Assembly: GCA_044359565.1 (NCBI GenBank)
Contig: JBIKLX010000001.1
Coordinates: 944 to 64,943, forward strand
Length of the DNA stretch: 64,000 nt
Reading direction: 5' to 3'
Source: Ilumatobacteraceae bacterium
Lineage (GTDB): Bacteria > Actinomycetota > Acidimicrobiia > Acidimicrobiales > Ilumatobacteraceae
Below the pieces are notes generated by a model. That model saw only the letters and a list, made by a program, of their open reading frames with translations. It was not told the origin of the DNA and searched no databases. The position numbers and the translations under genes were made by a program. This document shows positions 45,295 through 54,093 of the stretch, in pieces (position 1 is the stretch's first letter; each line of letters begins with the position of its first letter).

Positions 45295-46562
45295 CCCGTC
45301 GACACCTGGCGCTGGTGGCCGCAATCGCACTGGTGGCTGCGGCGTGCGGCAGCGAGGGCGAACCCATCGCCACCGGCCCGGCCGTCACGTTCGCCACCTC
45401 GAGCACGGCTGCTCCGACGAGCGGGCCCACCACAGGACCCGTCAGTGCACCGGACACCACAGGACCCGCCACCACACCCGTCGCCACCGAGGCACCCACC
45501 ACGGTGCCGTTGGGCGACCCATCCGTGGGCCTGGCCGCGGTGGGCGCCTTCGACCAACCCGTTGATCTCGCCTGGCGGTTCGACGACCCGACGTTGTACG
45601 TCGTCGAGCGCACTGGCCGCGTCGTGCCCGTACGTGACGGGGTCGCGGGTGCAGCGGTGCTCGTCATCACCGACCTCACCGAGGGCCAGGGCGAGCAGGG
45701 GTTGCTCGGCCTCACCTTCTCGCCCGACGGCAAAGCGGCCTACGTGAACCACACCGACAAGGGCGGTGACACCATCGTCGCCGAGTACGCGGTGGGCGCC
45801 GACGGAACCTTCGATCCCGCCAGCCGCCGGGTGCTGCTCACCATCGAGCAGCCGTTCCCCAACCACAACGGCGGCAACGTCACCATCGGACCCGACGGCA
45901 TGCTGTACATCGGCATGGGCGACGGTGGCGCAGCCGACGACCCGCAGCGCACCTCGCTGAACGTGAGCAGCCTGCTGGGCAAGATCCTGCGCATCGACCC
46001 GGCCCCCAGCGGCGACCAGCCCTACGGCATTCCGGCCGACAACCCGTTCGTGGGCGTCGACGGTGCCCGCCCCGAGATCTGGGCGGTGGGGGTGCGCAAT
46101 CCGTGGCGGTTCTCGTTCGACAGCGCCACGGGCGACCTGTGGATCGCCGATGTGGGCCAGAACGTGCTCGAGGAGATCGACGTCGCCTGGGCCGCCGACG
46201 GAGGCGGACGGGGTATGAACTTCGGCTGGAGCGCCTGGGAGGGCAGCCAGCGCTACAACACCGACCAGCCGGCCGACGGTGCCACGCCGCCGATCTACGA
46301 GTACGAGCACGGCGATGCCGGCTGTTCGGTCAGCGGCGGCGAGGTGTATCGCGGCGCCGCCGTCCCGGCACTTGTGGGCTGGTACGTGTTCGCCGACTTC
46401 TGCAGCGGCATCGTCACCGGTCTGCGCATCGCCGACCGGGCCGTAGCCTCCTCGCTCACCCTGGGCCAGGTGCCGTCGGCAGCAGCGGTGCGCAGCGGAC
46501 CCGACGGCGAGCTCTACGTCGTGTCGATCGAGGGCCCGGTCAGTCGGCTCGTCCCGAGCTGA
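45291..46562 (+). CDS. Soluble PQQ-dependent sugar (glucose/sorbosone) dehydrogenase-like beta-propeller lipoprotein
   Basis: The GTG at 45291 forms a GTGA overlap with the tesB stop. The lipobox is LVAAACG and a Thr/Pro linker follows. Motifs NHNGGNVTIGPDGMLYIGMGDGG and RNPWRFSFD are present. Confidence 0.84.
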   Translation: MTRRHLALVAAIALVAAACGSEGEPIATGPAVTFATSSTAAPTSGPTTGPVSAPDTTGPATTPVATEAPTTVPLGDPSVGLAAVGAFDQPVDLAWRFDDPTLYVVERTGRVVPVRDGVAGAAVLVITDLTEGQGEQGLLGLTFSPDGKAAYVNHTDKGGDTIVAEYAVGADGTFDPASRRVLLTIEQPFPNHNGGNVTIGPDGMLYIGMGDGGAADDPQRTSLNVSSLLGKILRIDPAPSGDQPYGIPADNPFVGVDGARPEIWAVGVRNPWRFSFDSATGDLWIADVGQNVLEEIDVAWAADGGGRGMNFGWSAWEGSQRYNTDQPADGATPPIYEYEHGDAGCSVSGGEVYRGAAVPALVGWYVFADFCSGIVTGLRIADRAVASSLTLGQVPSAAAVRSGPDGELYVVSIEGPVSRLVPS

Positions 46563-47940
46563 CCCGCTCGAAGCGCACCAGCCGCCGCTCGGGCGACGTC
46601 TCGACCAGCCGCACCTGCACGGTGTCGCCCGGCTCCACACCATCGGTGGCCACGCGAGCGACCACGGCCACGTCGCACAACTGGATGCGCGCGCCGCGCT
46701 CGTCGAGGTCGGTGACCACGGCGTCGAACACCTCACCCACCCGCTCCTGCAGCACCACGGCCTCGACCAGGTCGAGCACGGTGCGGTCGAGGCGGTTACC
46801 GGTGGCGTCGGCGCGTTCCATCACGGCCGGCAGGGCGGCGAATGCCTCCTGCACATCGTCGGGCACCGGTCGGCCGTTGGCCACGGCCAGCGCGGCCAGC
46901 ACCACGGCGCGGTCGGCCAGTCGGCGCAGCGGCGCGGTGGCGTGCACGTAGGTGGCGGCCATGGCTGCGTGCCAGGGCACCTCGCCCTCCTCGTACGGCA
47001 CGTAGCGAGCTGCGCCACCAGCCCGGCGGATGGCCAGCATGAACGCTGCATGGCGCGGATCGTCGGCATGCAGCGTGCGCTCGACATCGGCCAACGACGA
47101 CGACCGCGGCCAGTCGATGCGCAGTGCCCGGGCCGTGTGGCGCAGGCGACGGATGCGCCGCTCGTCGGGCGCGTCGAGCACCCGGTACAGCCCGGTGCGC
47201 GCCTCGTACAGCGCTGCCGCCACGGCAAGGTTGGTGGCCAGCGAGAGCGATGCGTTGTGCGCCTCCACCGCTGCCTTCGGGCGATAGGCGATTCGGTACC
47301 CGCCGTCGGCGCGCACCACCTCCTGCTCGGGTGGCTCGACGCGAGCCGCGCCGCGGCGTGCATCGCCTTCGGCCATACGGCGCGCGAATTCGGCGAGCTC
47401 GACCGGCAGGTCGGCAGCGGCGACCGTCTCGTAACCGAGCTTGGCGCGGCTGTGCACCATCGCCCGCTCGACACCGTCGAGTCGCGGGATGCCGGTGTCG
47501 TCGAGTCGCACGATGAACACCACCGCGGGCCGCGGCCCGTCGGGCAGCAGGCTCGCTGCGCCCTCCGACAACTCGGGAGGGTAGAGCGGCGTCTTGCCGT
47601 CGGGCGCGTACATCGTGGTGCCCCGCTGCCAGGCCTCACGGTCGAGCAGGTCGCCCGACTGCACGAACCAGCCGACGTCGGCAATGGCGTACCGCAGCAC
47701 GAGGTCGGCGCCGCTGGTCTCGATGCAGAAAGCCTGGTCGAGGTCGGTGGAACGGGCCGGATCGAGGGTGATGAACGGCAGGTCGGTGCGGTCGATGTGC
47801 TCGCTGCCCACTGCGAGATGCCGCGCCCGCGTCGCCGCGGCGAGCACCTCGGCGGGGAACCGTTCGGGAATGCCCAACTCCAGTCGCAGCCGCGCGATGC
47901 CCTCGTCGATCTCGCGTGAGTGCGCCGCCGACGTGAGCAT
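46540..47940 (-). CDS. RNB-domain ribonuclease (RNase II/R family, short form)
   Basis: Motifs FITLDPARSTDLDQAF, and later ATAPLRRLADR, are present. The ATG at 47940 overlaps the upstream stop by 1 nt. Confidence 0.84.
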   Translation of the reverse strand: MLTSAAHSREIDEGIARLRLELGIPERFPAEVLAAATRARHLAVGSEHIDRTDLPFITLDPARSTDLDQAFCIETSGADLVLRYAIADVGWFVQSGDLLDREAWQRGTTMYAPDGKTPLYPPELSEGAASLLPDGPRPAVVFIVRLDDTGIPRLDGVERAMVHSRAKLGYETVAAADLPVELAEFARRMAEGDARRGAARVEPPEQEVVRADGGYRIAYRPKAAVEAHNASLSLATNLAVAAALYEARTGLYRVLDAPDERRIRRLRHTARALRIDWPRSSSLADVERTLHADDPRHAAFMLAIRRAGGAARYVPYEEGEVPWHAAMAATYVHATAPLRRLADRAVVLAALAVANGRPVPDDVQEAFAALPAVMERADATGNRLDRTVLDLVEAVVLQERVGEVFDAVVTDLDERGARIQLCDVAVVARVATDGVEPGDTVQVRLVETSPERRLVRFERVSSGRAD

Positions 47941-48728
47941 CAACGTCCCTCGAACACCGGCGGTCGCTTCTCGAGGAACGCCCGCACACCTTCACGGTGG
48001 TCGGCGGTGGTGAACAGGTTCGCCAGCGTGGCGCTGACCCACGCACCGAGATCGTGCCAGTCGGGGTCGACCGCGCGCCGCAGACCGACCTTCAACTGCT
48101 GCACCGCCAACGGCGGATTGGCAGCGATGCGGGCAGCGAGGGCGTGGGCGGTGGGCAGCAGGTCGTCGTGGGCCACCACCCGGCTCACCAGACCCGCAGT
48201 GTGGGCGCTTGCAGCGTCGATCACGTCGCCGGTGAACAACAGCTCGGCCGCCCGCTCGCGGCCCACCAACTGGGCGAGGCGGCCGATGCCGGCGACATCG
48301 CTCACCAGCCCGCGCAACACGAACAGTTCGCCGAACTTGGCGCGCTCGCTGGCCACCCTGATGTCGGCCATCATCGCCAGTTCCATGCCCCAGCCGACGG
48401 CAGCACCGTTCACCGCCGCCACGACGGGCAGGTCGCAGTGCAGCAGCGCATCGGCAGCGGGCGTGAGACGGGGCCTGCGCTCGGCGGTGCTGAGCGGCGC
48501 CTTGCCCTCGGCGCCGCCACCCATCACCTGACGCACGTCGTCGCCGCTGCAGAACGCAGGGTCGGCGCCGGTGACGACGAGGCACCGTGCACCGGTGGCC
48601 GGTGCCTCGCGCACCAGCCGTTCGAGGTCGGCGTACATGCTCCAGGTGAGTGCGTTGCGGGCCTCGGGACGGTTGAGGGTGATGGTGCCGACGTGGTCGT
48701 CGCCGAGATGCCACAGGACGTCGCTCAT
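47940..48728 (-). CDS. Enoyl-CoA hydratase/isomerase (crotonase) family protein
   Basis: I trimmed the start to the ATG at 48728 (MSDVLWHLG). Motifs ITLNRPEARNAL and VVTGADPAFCSGDD are present. Confidence 0.88.
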   Translation of the reverse strand: MSDVLWHLGDDHVGTITLNRPEARNALTWSMYADLERLVREAPATGARCLVVTGADPAFCSGDDVRQVMGGGAEGKAPLSTAERRPRLTPAADALLHCDLPVVAAVNGAAVGWGMELAMMADIRVASERAKFGELFVLRGLVSDVAGIGRLAQLVGRERAAELLFTGDVIDAASAHTAGLVSRVVAHDDLLPTAHALAARIAANPPLAVQQLKVGLRRAVDPDWHDLGAWVSATLANLFTTADHREGVRAFLEKRPPVFEGR

Positions 48729-48739
48729 GGGCGGCGACC

Positions 48740-49942
48740 CTAGCGGTGATGCCGCTTCGGTCGCTCCACAGCGCCGCGCCACGCTCGCTTCGCGTCGAGC
48801 AGTGGTACGAGAGACTCGGCACAGCGATCTGCTGCGTCGTCGCTGCGGGCAGCGAGCCACCCCAGGGCGAACCAGGCGTGCGGTTGCTCGCCGACCAGGC
48901 GTCGGTACACCCCCTGGGCCACTGCCACGTCGTTCGAGGTGCCCAGTGCCTCCTGCGCCGGGGTGAGCGCCGCCAGGTACTCGCTCACCCGCTTGCGCTT
49001 GAACAGCGGGGCAGCGAGTTCGACGAGATACCGCAGCCGCTTCACCCGCCGGCGCAACCGATGGCGCTCGGCGGCTGCGAGATCGCCGAACTGCCTGCCG
49101 TGCGTCACCACGTCGTGGTGAAGATGATCGAGACGAACCACCACCGTCGCCACAAGACCGTCGCTCTCGTCGGCCGCTTCCTCGGCCGGATCACCGTGCA
49201 CATACGCAAGCAGATCGAGCAGCAACTCGGTGAACTCCCTGCCGCGCAGCAACTCGACTCCATCGACGTCGCCGGCCGCCGGCAGGTCGACCGACGGTGC
49301 GCCCGCAGCGGCCAGGTCGTCGGCCCAACGGGCCAGCACCACCTCGCGGTCACGCACCGCACCCAGATGGCTGAACACCTCGCCGAGGCGCTCGCCGAAC
49401 AACGGGTCGACACCGGTGGCCGGTCCGAGCTCGCGCAACACGGTGCGCAACTTGCGGATGCCCACCCGCACCTGGTGAACGTGCTCGTGACCGCCACCCG
49501 CCGCCACGCCCGAGGCGGCGGCACCGGCATTGCCGACCACCTGCACCAGGCACACACGCACCATCTCGCGGGTGGCGGCATCGACCGACATCGCCGCATC
49601 GAGGTGGGCCCGTGGCGCGCGCACCAGGGCGGTACCGTCGGCACCGGCGTCGCCGTCGAACCAGAGGCCATGGCGCACCACCCATCGCCGGGCGAGCGCG
49701 ATCACAGCACGAGGCGTGCCCCGAACCAGGGTGATGCGCAGCAGCGCTACATCGGCCCGTCGTTCGCACGACAGGCAGACCACCGCGCCACGAACCCGAC
49801 TCGTCCGCGTCCGACGCCACACGCCGTCGATCAGATCGGCCTCGGGCTGGTTCCGCCCCGCCACCTGCCGATCGACCGCATCGACACGTGACGGAGAGAT
49901 CCGCAGGACGATCTCGAACGAGGCGTCGTGCGGCGCAGCCAT
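48740..49942 (-). CDS. CHAD-domain protein with a short beta-rich N-terminal region of about 110 aa, possibly a partial CYTH domain
   Basis: Conserved-histidine helical repeats are present: HEHVHQVRVGIRKLRTVLRE and HRLRRRVKRLRYLVE. Confidence 0.72.
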   Translation of the reverse strand: MAAPHDASFEIVLRISPSRVDAVDRQVAGRNQPEADLIDGVWRRTRTSRVRGAVVCLSCERRADVALLRITLVRGTPRAVIALARRWVVRHGLWFDGDAGADGTALVRAPRAHLDAAMSVDAATREMVRVCLVQVVGNAGAAASGVAAGGGHEHVHQVRVGIRKLRTVLRELGPATGVDPLFGERLGEVFSHLGAVRDREVVLARWADDLAAAGAPSVDLPAAGDVDGVELLRGREFTELLLDLLAYVHGDPAEEAADESDGLVATVVVRLDHLHHDVVTHGRQFGDLAAAERHRLRRRVKRLRYLVELAAPLFKRKRVSEYLAALTPAQEALGTSNDVAVAQGVYRRLVGEQPHAWFALGWLAARSDDAADRCAESLVPLLDAKRAWRGAVERPKRHHR

Positions 49943-49961
49943 CAGAGCGACCGGGCTGCGT

Positions 49962-50966
49962 TCAGCGACGGGCTCCCATGAACATGCCCTTCAGCGCGTC
50001 GTAGTGCTCGATGCAGTGTCCGGCACCGAGCACCACCGCTTCGAGCGGCATGTTCGACATCTTCACCGGCACCTGGGTCTCGCGTTCGATGCGTGCGGCC
50101 AGGCCGCGCAACAGCCCGCCACCGCCCACGAGGTACATACCGCGCACCAGGAAGTCCTGCGCCAGTTCGGGCGGCGCCTTGGCCAGGCAGCGCACCACCG
50201 ACGACACGATGCTGCTGACCACGTCGTCGATCGCGAACCGGATCTCTTCGGGGGTGAGCACCACCGTCTTCGGCAGGCCGGTCATCAGGTCGCGACCACG
50301 CACTTCGGCCTGGTTCTCGTCCTCCATCGGCTCGGCCGAACCGATGGCCATCTTCACTTCCTCTGCGGTGCGTTCACCCACGGCGATGCCGTGCTCGCGA
50401 CGAACGTAGCTCTGGATGGCAGCGTCGATGTCGAAGCTGCCCACGCGCACGGCTTCGAGTGCGACGATGCCGCCGAGGCTGATGACCGCGGTTTCGCTGG
50501 TGCCGCCGCCGATGTCGATGACCATGTTGCCGACCGGTTCGTCGATGGGCAGGTCGGCGCCGATGGCGGCTGCCATGGGCTGCTCGAGCAGTTGCGCATC
50601 GGCGGCACCGGCCCGGCGGGCAGCGTCGGTAACTGCACGCCGCTCGACCTCGGTGATGGCCGAGGGAACGCAGATGACCACCTTCGGGCGGGTGAAGCGG
50701 CTCACGCCGACGCGCTGTAACAGCAGGCGGATCATCCGCTCGGTGATCTCGAAGTCGGTGATGGCGCCGCCACGAAGGGGGCGCACGGCGACGATGTAGC
50801 CGGGCGTGCGGCCGATCATCTGCCAGGCCTCGCGGCCGGTGGCGAGCACCTCTCCGGTCTGACGGTTGAGGGCGATGACCGAGGGCTCGTTCAGCACGAT
50901 GCCCTTGCCCTTCATGTAGACGAGCGTGTTGGCGGTGCCGAGGTCGATGGCGAGGTCGCGGGCCAT
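49962..50966 (-). CDS. mreB: Rod-shape-determining actin homologue MreB
   Basis: Motifs AIDLGTANTLVY, DIGGGTSE and LVGGGGLLRGL are present. Confidence 0.95.
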   Translation of the reverse strand: MARDLAIDLGTANTLVYMKGKGIVLNEPSVIALNRQTGEVLATGREAWQMIGRTPGYIVAVRPLRGGAITDFEITERMIRLLLQRVGVSRFTRPKVVICVPSAITEVERRAVTDAARRAGAADAQLLEQPMAAAIGADLPIDEPVGNMVIDIGGGTSETAVISLGGIVALEAVRVGSFDIDAAIQSYVRREHGIAVGERTAEEVKMAIGSAEPMEDENQAEVRGRDLMTGLPKTVVLTPEEIRFAIDDVVSSIVSSVVRCLAKAPPELAQDFLVRGMYLVGGGGLLRGLAARIERETQVPVKMSNMPLEAVVLGAGHCIEHYDALKGMFMGARR

Positions 50967-51151
50967 CAGTTGCGTTCCTGCTCGTGCCGGCGGGCCCGGT
51001 CCATCACGTCGCGGCGCGCCTCGGGCGACAGCGCGTCGATGTGGCGGCGGAACGTGGCCATGCCTTCATCCTGACGCGGACGACGACTGAGTCCCAACAG
51101 CAGCCCCGCACCAATGACGAGCAGCACCACAACGACGATGCCCACGATCAC
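50966..51151 (-). CDS. Hypothetical 61-aa N-terminally anchored single-TM protein with a charged cytoplasmic tail
   Basis: The GTG at 51151 forms a GTGA overlap with the moaE stop, and its own stop overlaps the mreB ATG (TGATG). The sequence is (M)IVGIVVVVLLVIGAGLLLGLSRRPRQDEGMATFRRHIDALSPEARRDVMDRARRHEQERN. Confidence 0.45.
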   Translation of the reverse strand: MIVGIVVVVLLVIGAGLLLGLSRRPRQDEGMATFRRHIDALSPEARRDVMDRARRHEQERN

Positions 51152-51717
51152 GAGGCGGTGCTCGACGCTGAGGCCGCCGGAGCTGAGGTGGCCGGCGCTG
51201 AGGGCGCCGTGGGCACGGTGGCGGGGTCGACCAGGTCGTGGGCACCGGTGCCCCAACCCGATCCGGCGCCCTGATGGCCGCCCGCCCAAGTCTCGTGCTT
51301 CCAGATGGGCGTGCCGGCTTTCAGCGCATCGATGGCGTAGCGCGCAGCTTCGAAGGCTTCGGGCCGGTGCGGCGCGCTGACGACCGCGATGACCGAGCTC
51401 TCGCCCAGTTCGAGCTGGCCGGTGCGGTGCAACAGCGCGACGCGGCCGGTGTGTGGCCAGCGGTGACGCACCTCTGCGGCGATGGCCTCGAACGAGGCGA
51501 CGGCCTGCTCGGTGTAGGCCTCGTACACCAGATGCTGCACGTCGTCGCGCAGCACGCCCGTCTCGTCGACCGCGTGGTCGCGCACGGTGCCGCTGAACAG
51601 CACCACGGCACCGCAGCGGGGCACGACGGCCCACTCGTACGCTGCGCCCACCGGCAGCGGTTCGGCGGTGAGCCCGACCCAGGTGTCGGCGTGGTCGGGA
51701 GGAGTCACGACCTGCAT
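51148..51717 (-). CDS. moaE: Molybdopterin synthase catalytic subunit MoaE, with a low-complexity C-terminal tail of about 45 aa
   Basis: Motifs GAVVLFSGTVRDH, VSAPHRPEAFEAARYAIDALKAGTPIWKHE are present. Confidence 0.88.
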   Translation of the reverse strand: MQVVTPPDHADTWVGLTAEPLPVGAAYEWAVVPRCGAVVLFSGTVRDHAVDETGVLRDDVQHLVYEAYTEQAVASFEAIAAEVRHRWPHTGRVALLHRTGQLELGESSVIAVVSAPHRPEAFEAARYAIDALKAGTPIWKHETWAGGHQGAGSGWGTGAHDLVDPATVPTAPSAPATSAPAASASSTAS

Positions 51718-51805
51718 CGTAGCCGCCAGTCGTCACGACCGGGGAGGGGCGACCGGGGAGGGGCGACCTCCCTTCGGCGAGGGCCATGACTACTCTCGCG
51801 CCTTC

Positions 51806-53116
51806 GTGGAGCGAGGCGATGAGAGCGACGACCCCTGGGGCGACGACCCCCACGGGTCCGGCGACCCGACGGCGGCCTATCCGTCGGCACCGCTGCCGGC
51901 CCATGAACGCGTCTGGCGTCACCCCTCCGAACTCGGCCAGGCCCAGTGGGCGATGTCGGAACCACCCCTCGTGGTGGGCCGCGGCCTGCTCGCGGCCACT
52001 GGGGCCATCGGCGCGGTGCTCGGCCTGACGGTGTTGTGGATGCTGGTGCCCGCCGGTTTCGACAGCGGGCGAGACCAACCGACGGCCGGGCCCGACGTCA
52101 CCCGCTCGGTGCAGGCGCTCGCCGTCGTCACGACGGCGACTCCCCCCGCTGATAGGGCCGGCGGCGGCGGCAGTGCATCCGTAGCCACACTGCCGGCCGA
52201 GAGCGTGCCGCCCAACACCCTTCGTCTGTCGGCATCGCCGCCACGCGGGTCGGTCGAACCGGCCACCGCATCGGCACCGACAGCTATCGCGGTGATGGTC
52301 AACGGCACGGGCCTGCTGCTCACCACAGCGGCTGCCGTGAAGACGTTCGCCGAGGTGGCCGTGGCCGACCAACACGACGAGCCCCTCATCGCTCAGGTCG
52401 TCGCCGTCGAGCAGGGTGTCGCGCTGCTCGCCCCATCCGACCTCGGCGACACACCGCTCGACGTCATCGGGTTCGATCGAATCGCCACCGCCGACGTGGG
52501 TGACCAGGTGATGGTGCTGGGCGACAGCGACCTCGAGGTCACGTTCCCGGCCGCGGGTGAGGCGCTCGACTTCGGCCCGGCCAGTGCCGCTGAGTCGAAC
52601 CCGGCGACCGATCTCGTCGAGGGCACGCCGGTGGTCGACGCCGAGGGCGCCCTCGTCGGGCTGTGCACCATGGTCGCCACCGGCGCCGGCGGCACCGCGG
52701 TGCACGTCGTCTCCATCGCTGCGCTGTTGGGCACCGACTCCACCACCTCGTCGCCCGTACCGGGTGACGAGCCGAGCGAACCCGGCGCCACGTCCACCAC
52801 CGATGCATCGGGTGCCCCCGATCGCGCGGGCTGGCTGGGCGTGCAACTCGTGCATGAAGCCGACCACATCGGTGCACTCATCGATGCGGTCATGCCGCGG
52901 AGCCCCGCCGACACCGCCGGACTGCGCGTGGGCGAGGTCATCGTCGCCATCGACGGACGGATGGTCGCCAGCGTGAACGACCTCCTCGCGGCCATCGCTG
53001 TCCATCAGGTGGGCGACGTGGTGGTGCTCACCGTCATCGAACCGGCCGACGTGAACTCCGTGGCATCGGGCCGTCTGGTCAGCGTGCTGCTCGGTGCCGT
53101 TGCGCCCAGCGCATGA
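51806..53116 (+). CDS. Membrane-anchored HtrA-like protein with a C-terminal PDZ domain. All three catalytic-triad positions appear to be substituted, so it is a predicted pseudoprotease.
   Basis: The TM segment is GLLAATGAIGAVLGLTVLWML. The trypsin-fold landmarks are degenerate: LLLTTAAAV in place of TNxHV, GVALLAP in place of D[IL]A[LV]L, and VEGTPVVDAEGALVGL in place of GNSGGP. The PDZ-like region reads LGVQLV...GLRVGEVIVAIDGRMV. The first in-frame start after moaE is the GTG at 51806, and it lacks a clear SD. Confidence 0.68.
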   Translation: MERGDESDDPWGDDPHGSGDPTAAYPSAPLPAHERVWRHPSELGQAQWAMSEPPLVVGRGLLAATGAIGAVLGLTVLWMLVPAGFDSGRDQPTAGPDVTRSVQALAVVTTATPPADRAGGGGSASVATLPAESVPPNTLRLSASPPRGSVEPATASAPTAIAVMVNGTGLLLTTAAAVKTFAEVAVADQHDEPLIAQVVAVEQGVALLAPSDLGDTPLDVIGFDRIATADVGDQVMVLGDSDLEVTFPAAGEALDFGPASAAESNPATDLVEGTPVVDAEGALVGLCTMVATGAGGTAVHVVSIAALLGTDSTTSSPVPGDEPSEPGATSTTDASGAPDRAGWLGVQLVHEADHIGALIDAVMPRSPADTAGLRVGEVIVAIDGRMVASVNDLLAAIAVHQVGDVVVLTVIEPADVNSVASGRLVSVLLGAVAPSA

Positions 53117-54035
53117 CCCGCGCCAACGCGAGCACAGCGACCAGTCCACCCATCACCAGCGCTCCCAACGCCAACTCCTGGCGGCGCTTGGGCGTGATCA
53201 TCGTCCACCACCGTTCGTCGGTGCCCTCCACGTAGGCCTGCTCGTTGGTGACGGTCGGCGCCCACCCTTCGCCGCGCAGGCGGTCGTTGGCCACCAGCCA
53301 GGGTGCTCGGGTGTAGCCCAACAGTCCCGGGGGGATCGGGCCGCGCTGGAAGCGCCAGCGCAACGAGGCGACGAGGTCGGCGAAGCGATCGGGCAGCTTC
53401 AGTCGCGGCCCCACGCCCGACAGGGCACGCACCGAAGTCGCCGGGATGAACCCGTCCGGGGCCACGTTGAACACACCGTCGAGGCAGCGGACGACACCAA
53501 GTTCGACGGCGGCGGCGAGGTCGTCGAGGTGAACGAACTGCGCGGGCGGATCGTCGACGGCGAGTCGTTGTCCCGTACCCCACGCCAATGCACGGGCGAG
53601 CCCGCTGGTGCCGTTCGCGGCCATCGGCACCGCCGGACGCAGCACGGTGACGGTGCGCCCAGGGGCGGCTTGACGCCAGGCCTCGGCCAGTTGCTCGACC
53701 GCCGCCACCTGCGATGCGTAGGCGAATTCGTTCCCCGGCCGCAGCACGGCATCCTCGGTGATCGGCACCGGGTTGTTGTCCCAGGCGCCGTACACCATGG
53801 CCGACGACACCACCACCAGATGGCGGGCGGCCGCCACCGTGTCGAGCATCGCCGCAGCGCCGGCGGTGATGCTCTCGCGTCGCCGCGATCGCGAGTCGGG
53901 GTCGGCGGCACCGAGGTAGACGGCGATCTCGCCGGTACCGGCCTCCACGCTGTCGATGCCGTCGATCACCGCCAGACGACCGAGCACACGGGTACCCAGC
54001 GCACTGTCGGCATCGCTCACCCACACTCCGGTCAT
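53079..54035 (-). CDS. Atypical SDR / NAD-dependent epimerase-dehydratase-fold protein with a C-terminal TM segment. The Gly-rich and YxxxK motifs are degenerate.
   Basis: The sequence shows VVVSSAMVYG and TVLRPAVPMA. The N-terminus is VWVSDADSALGTRV rather than GxxGxxG. The C-terminal TM is LALGALVMGGLVAVLALARV. Confidence 0.68.
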   Translation of the reverse strand: MTGVWVSDADSALGTRVLGRLAVIDGIDSVEAGTGEIAVYLGAADPDSRSRRRESITAGAAAMLDTVAAARHLVVVSSAMVYGAWDNNPVPITEDAVLRPGNEFAYASQVAAVEQLAEAWRQAAPGRTVTVLRPAVPMAANGTSGLARALAWGTGQRLAVDDPPAQFVHLDDLAAAVELGVVRCLDGVFNVAPDGFIPATSVRALSGVGPRLKLPDRFADLVASLRWRFQRGPIPPGLLGYTRAPWLVANDRLRGEGWAPTVTNEQAYVEGTDERWWTMITPKRRQELALGALVMGGLVAVLALARVMRWAQRHRAAR

Positions 54036-54093
54036 GGCACGACGCTATCCGAGGCGCCGTTGCCGCACGCCCCGGCACCCCTAGCATGCACTC

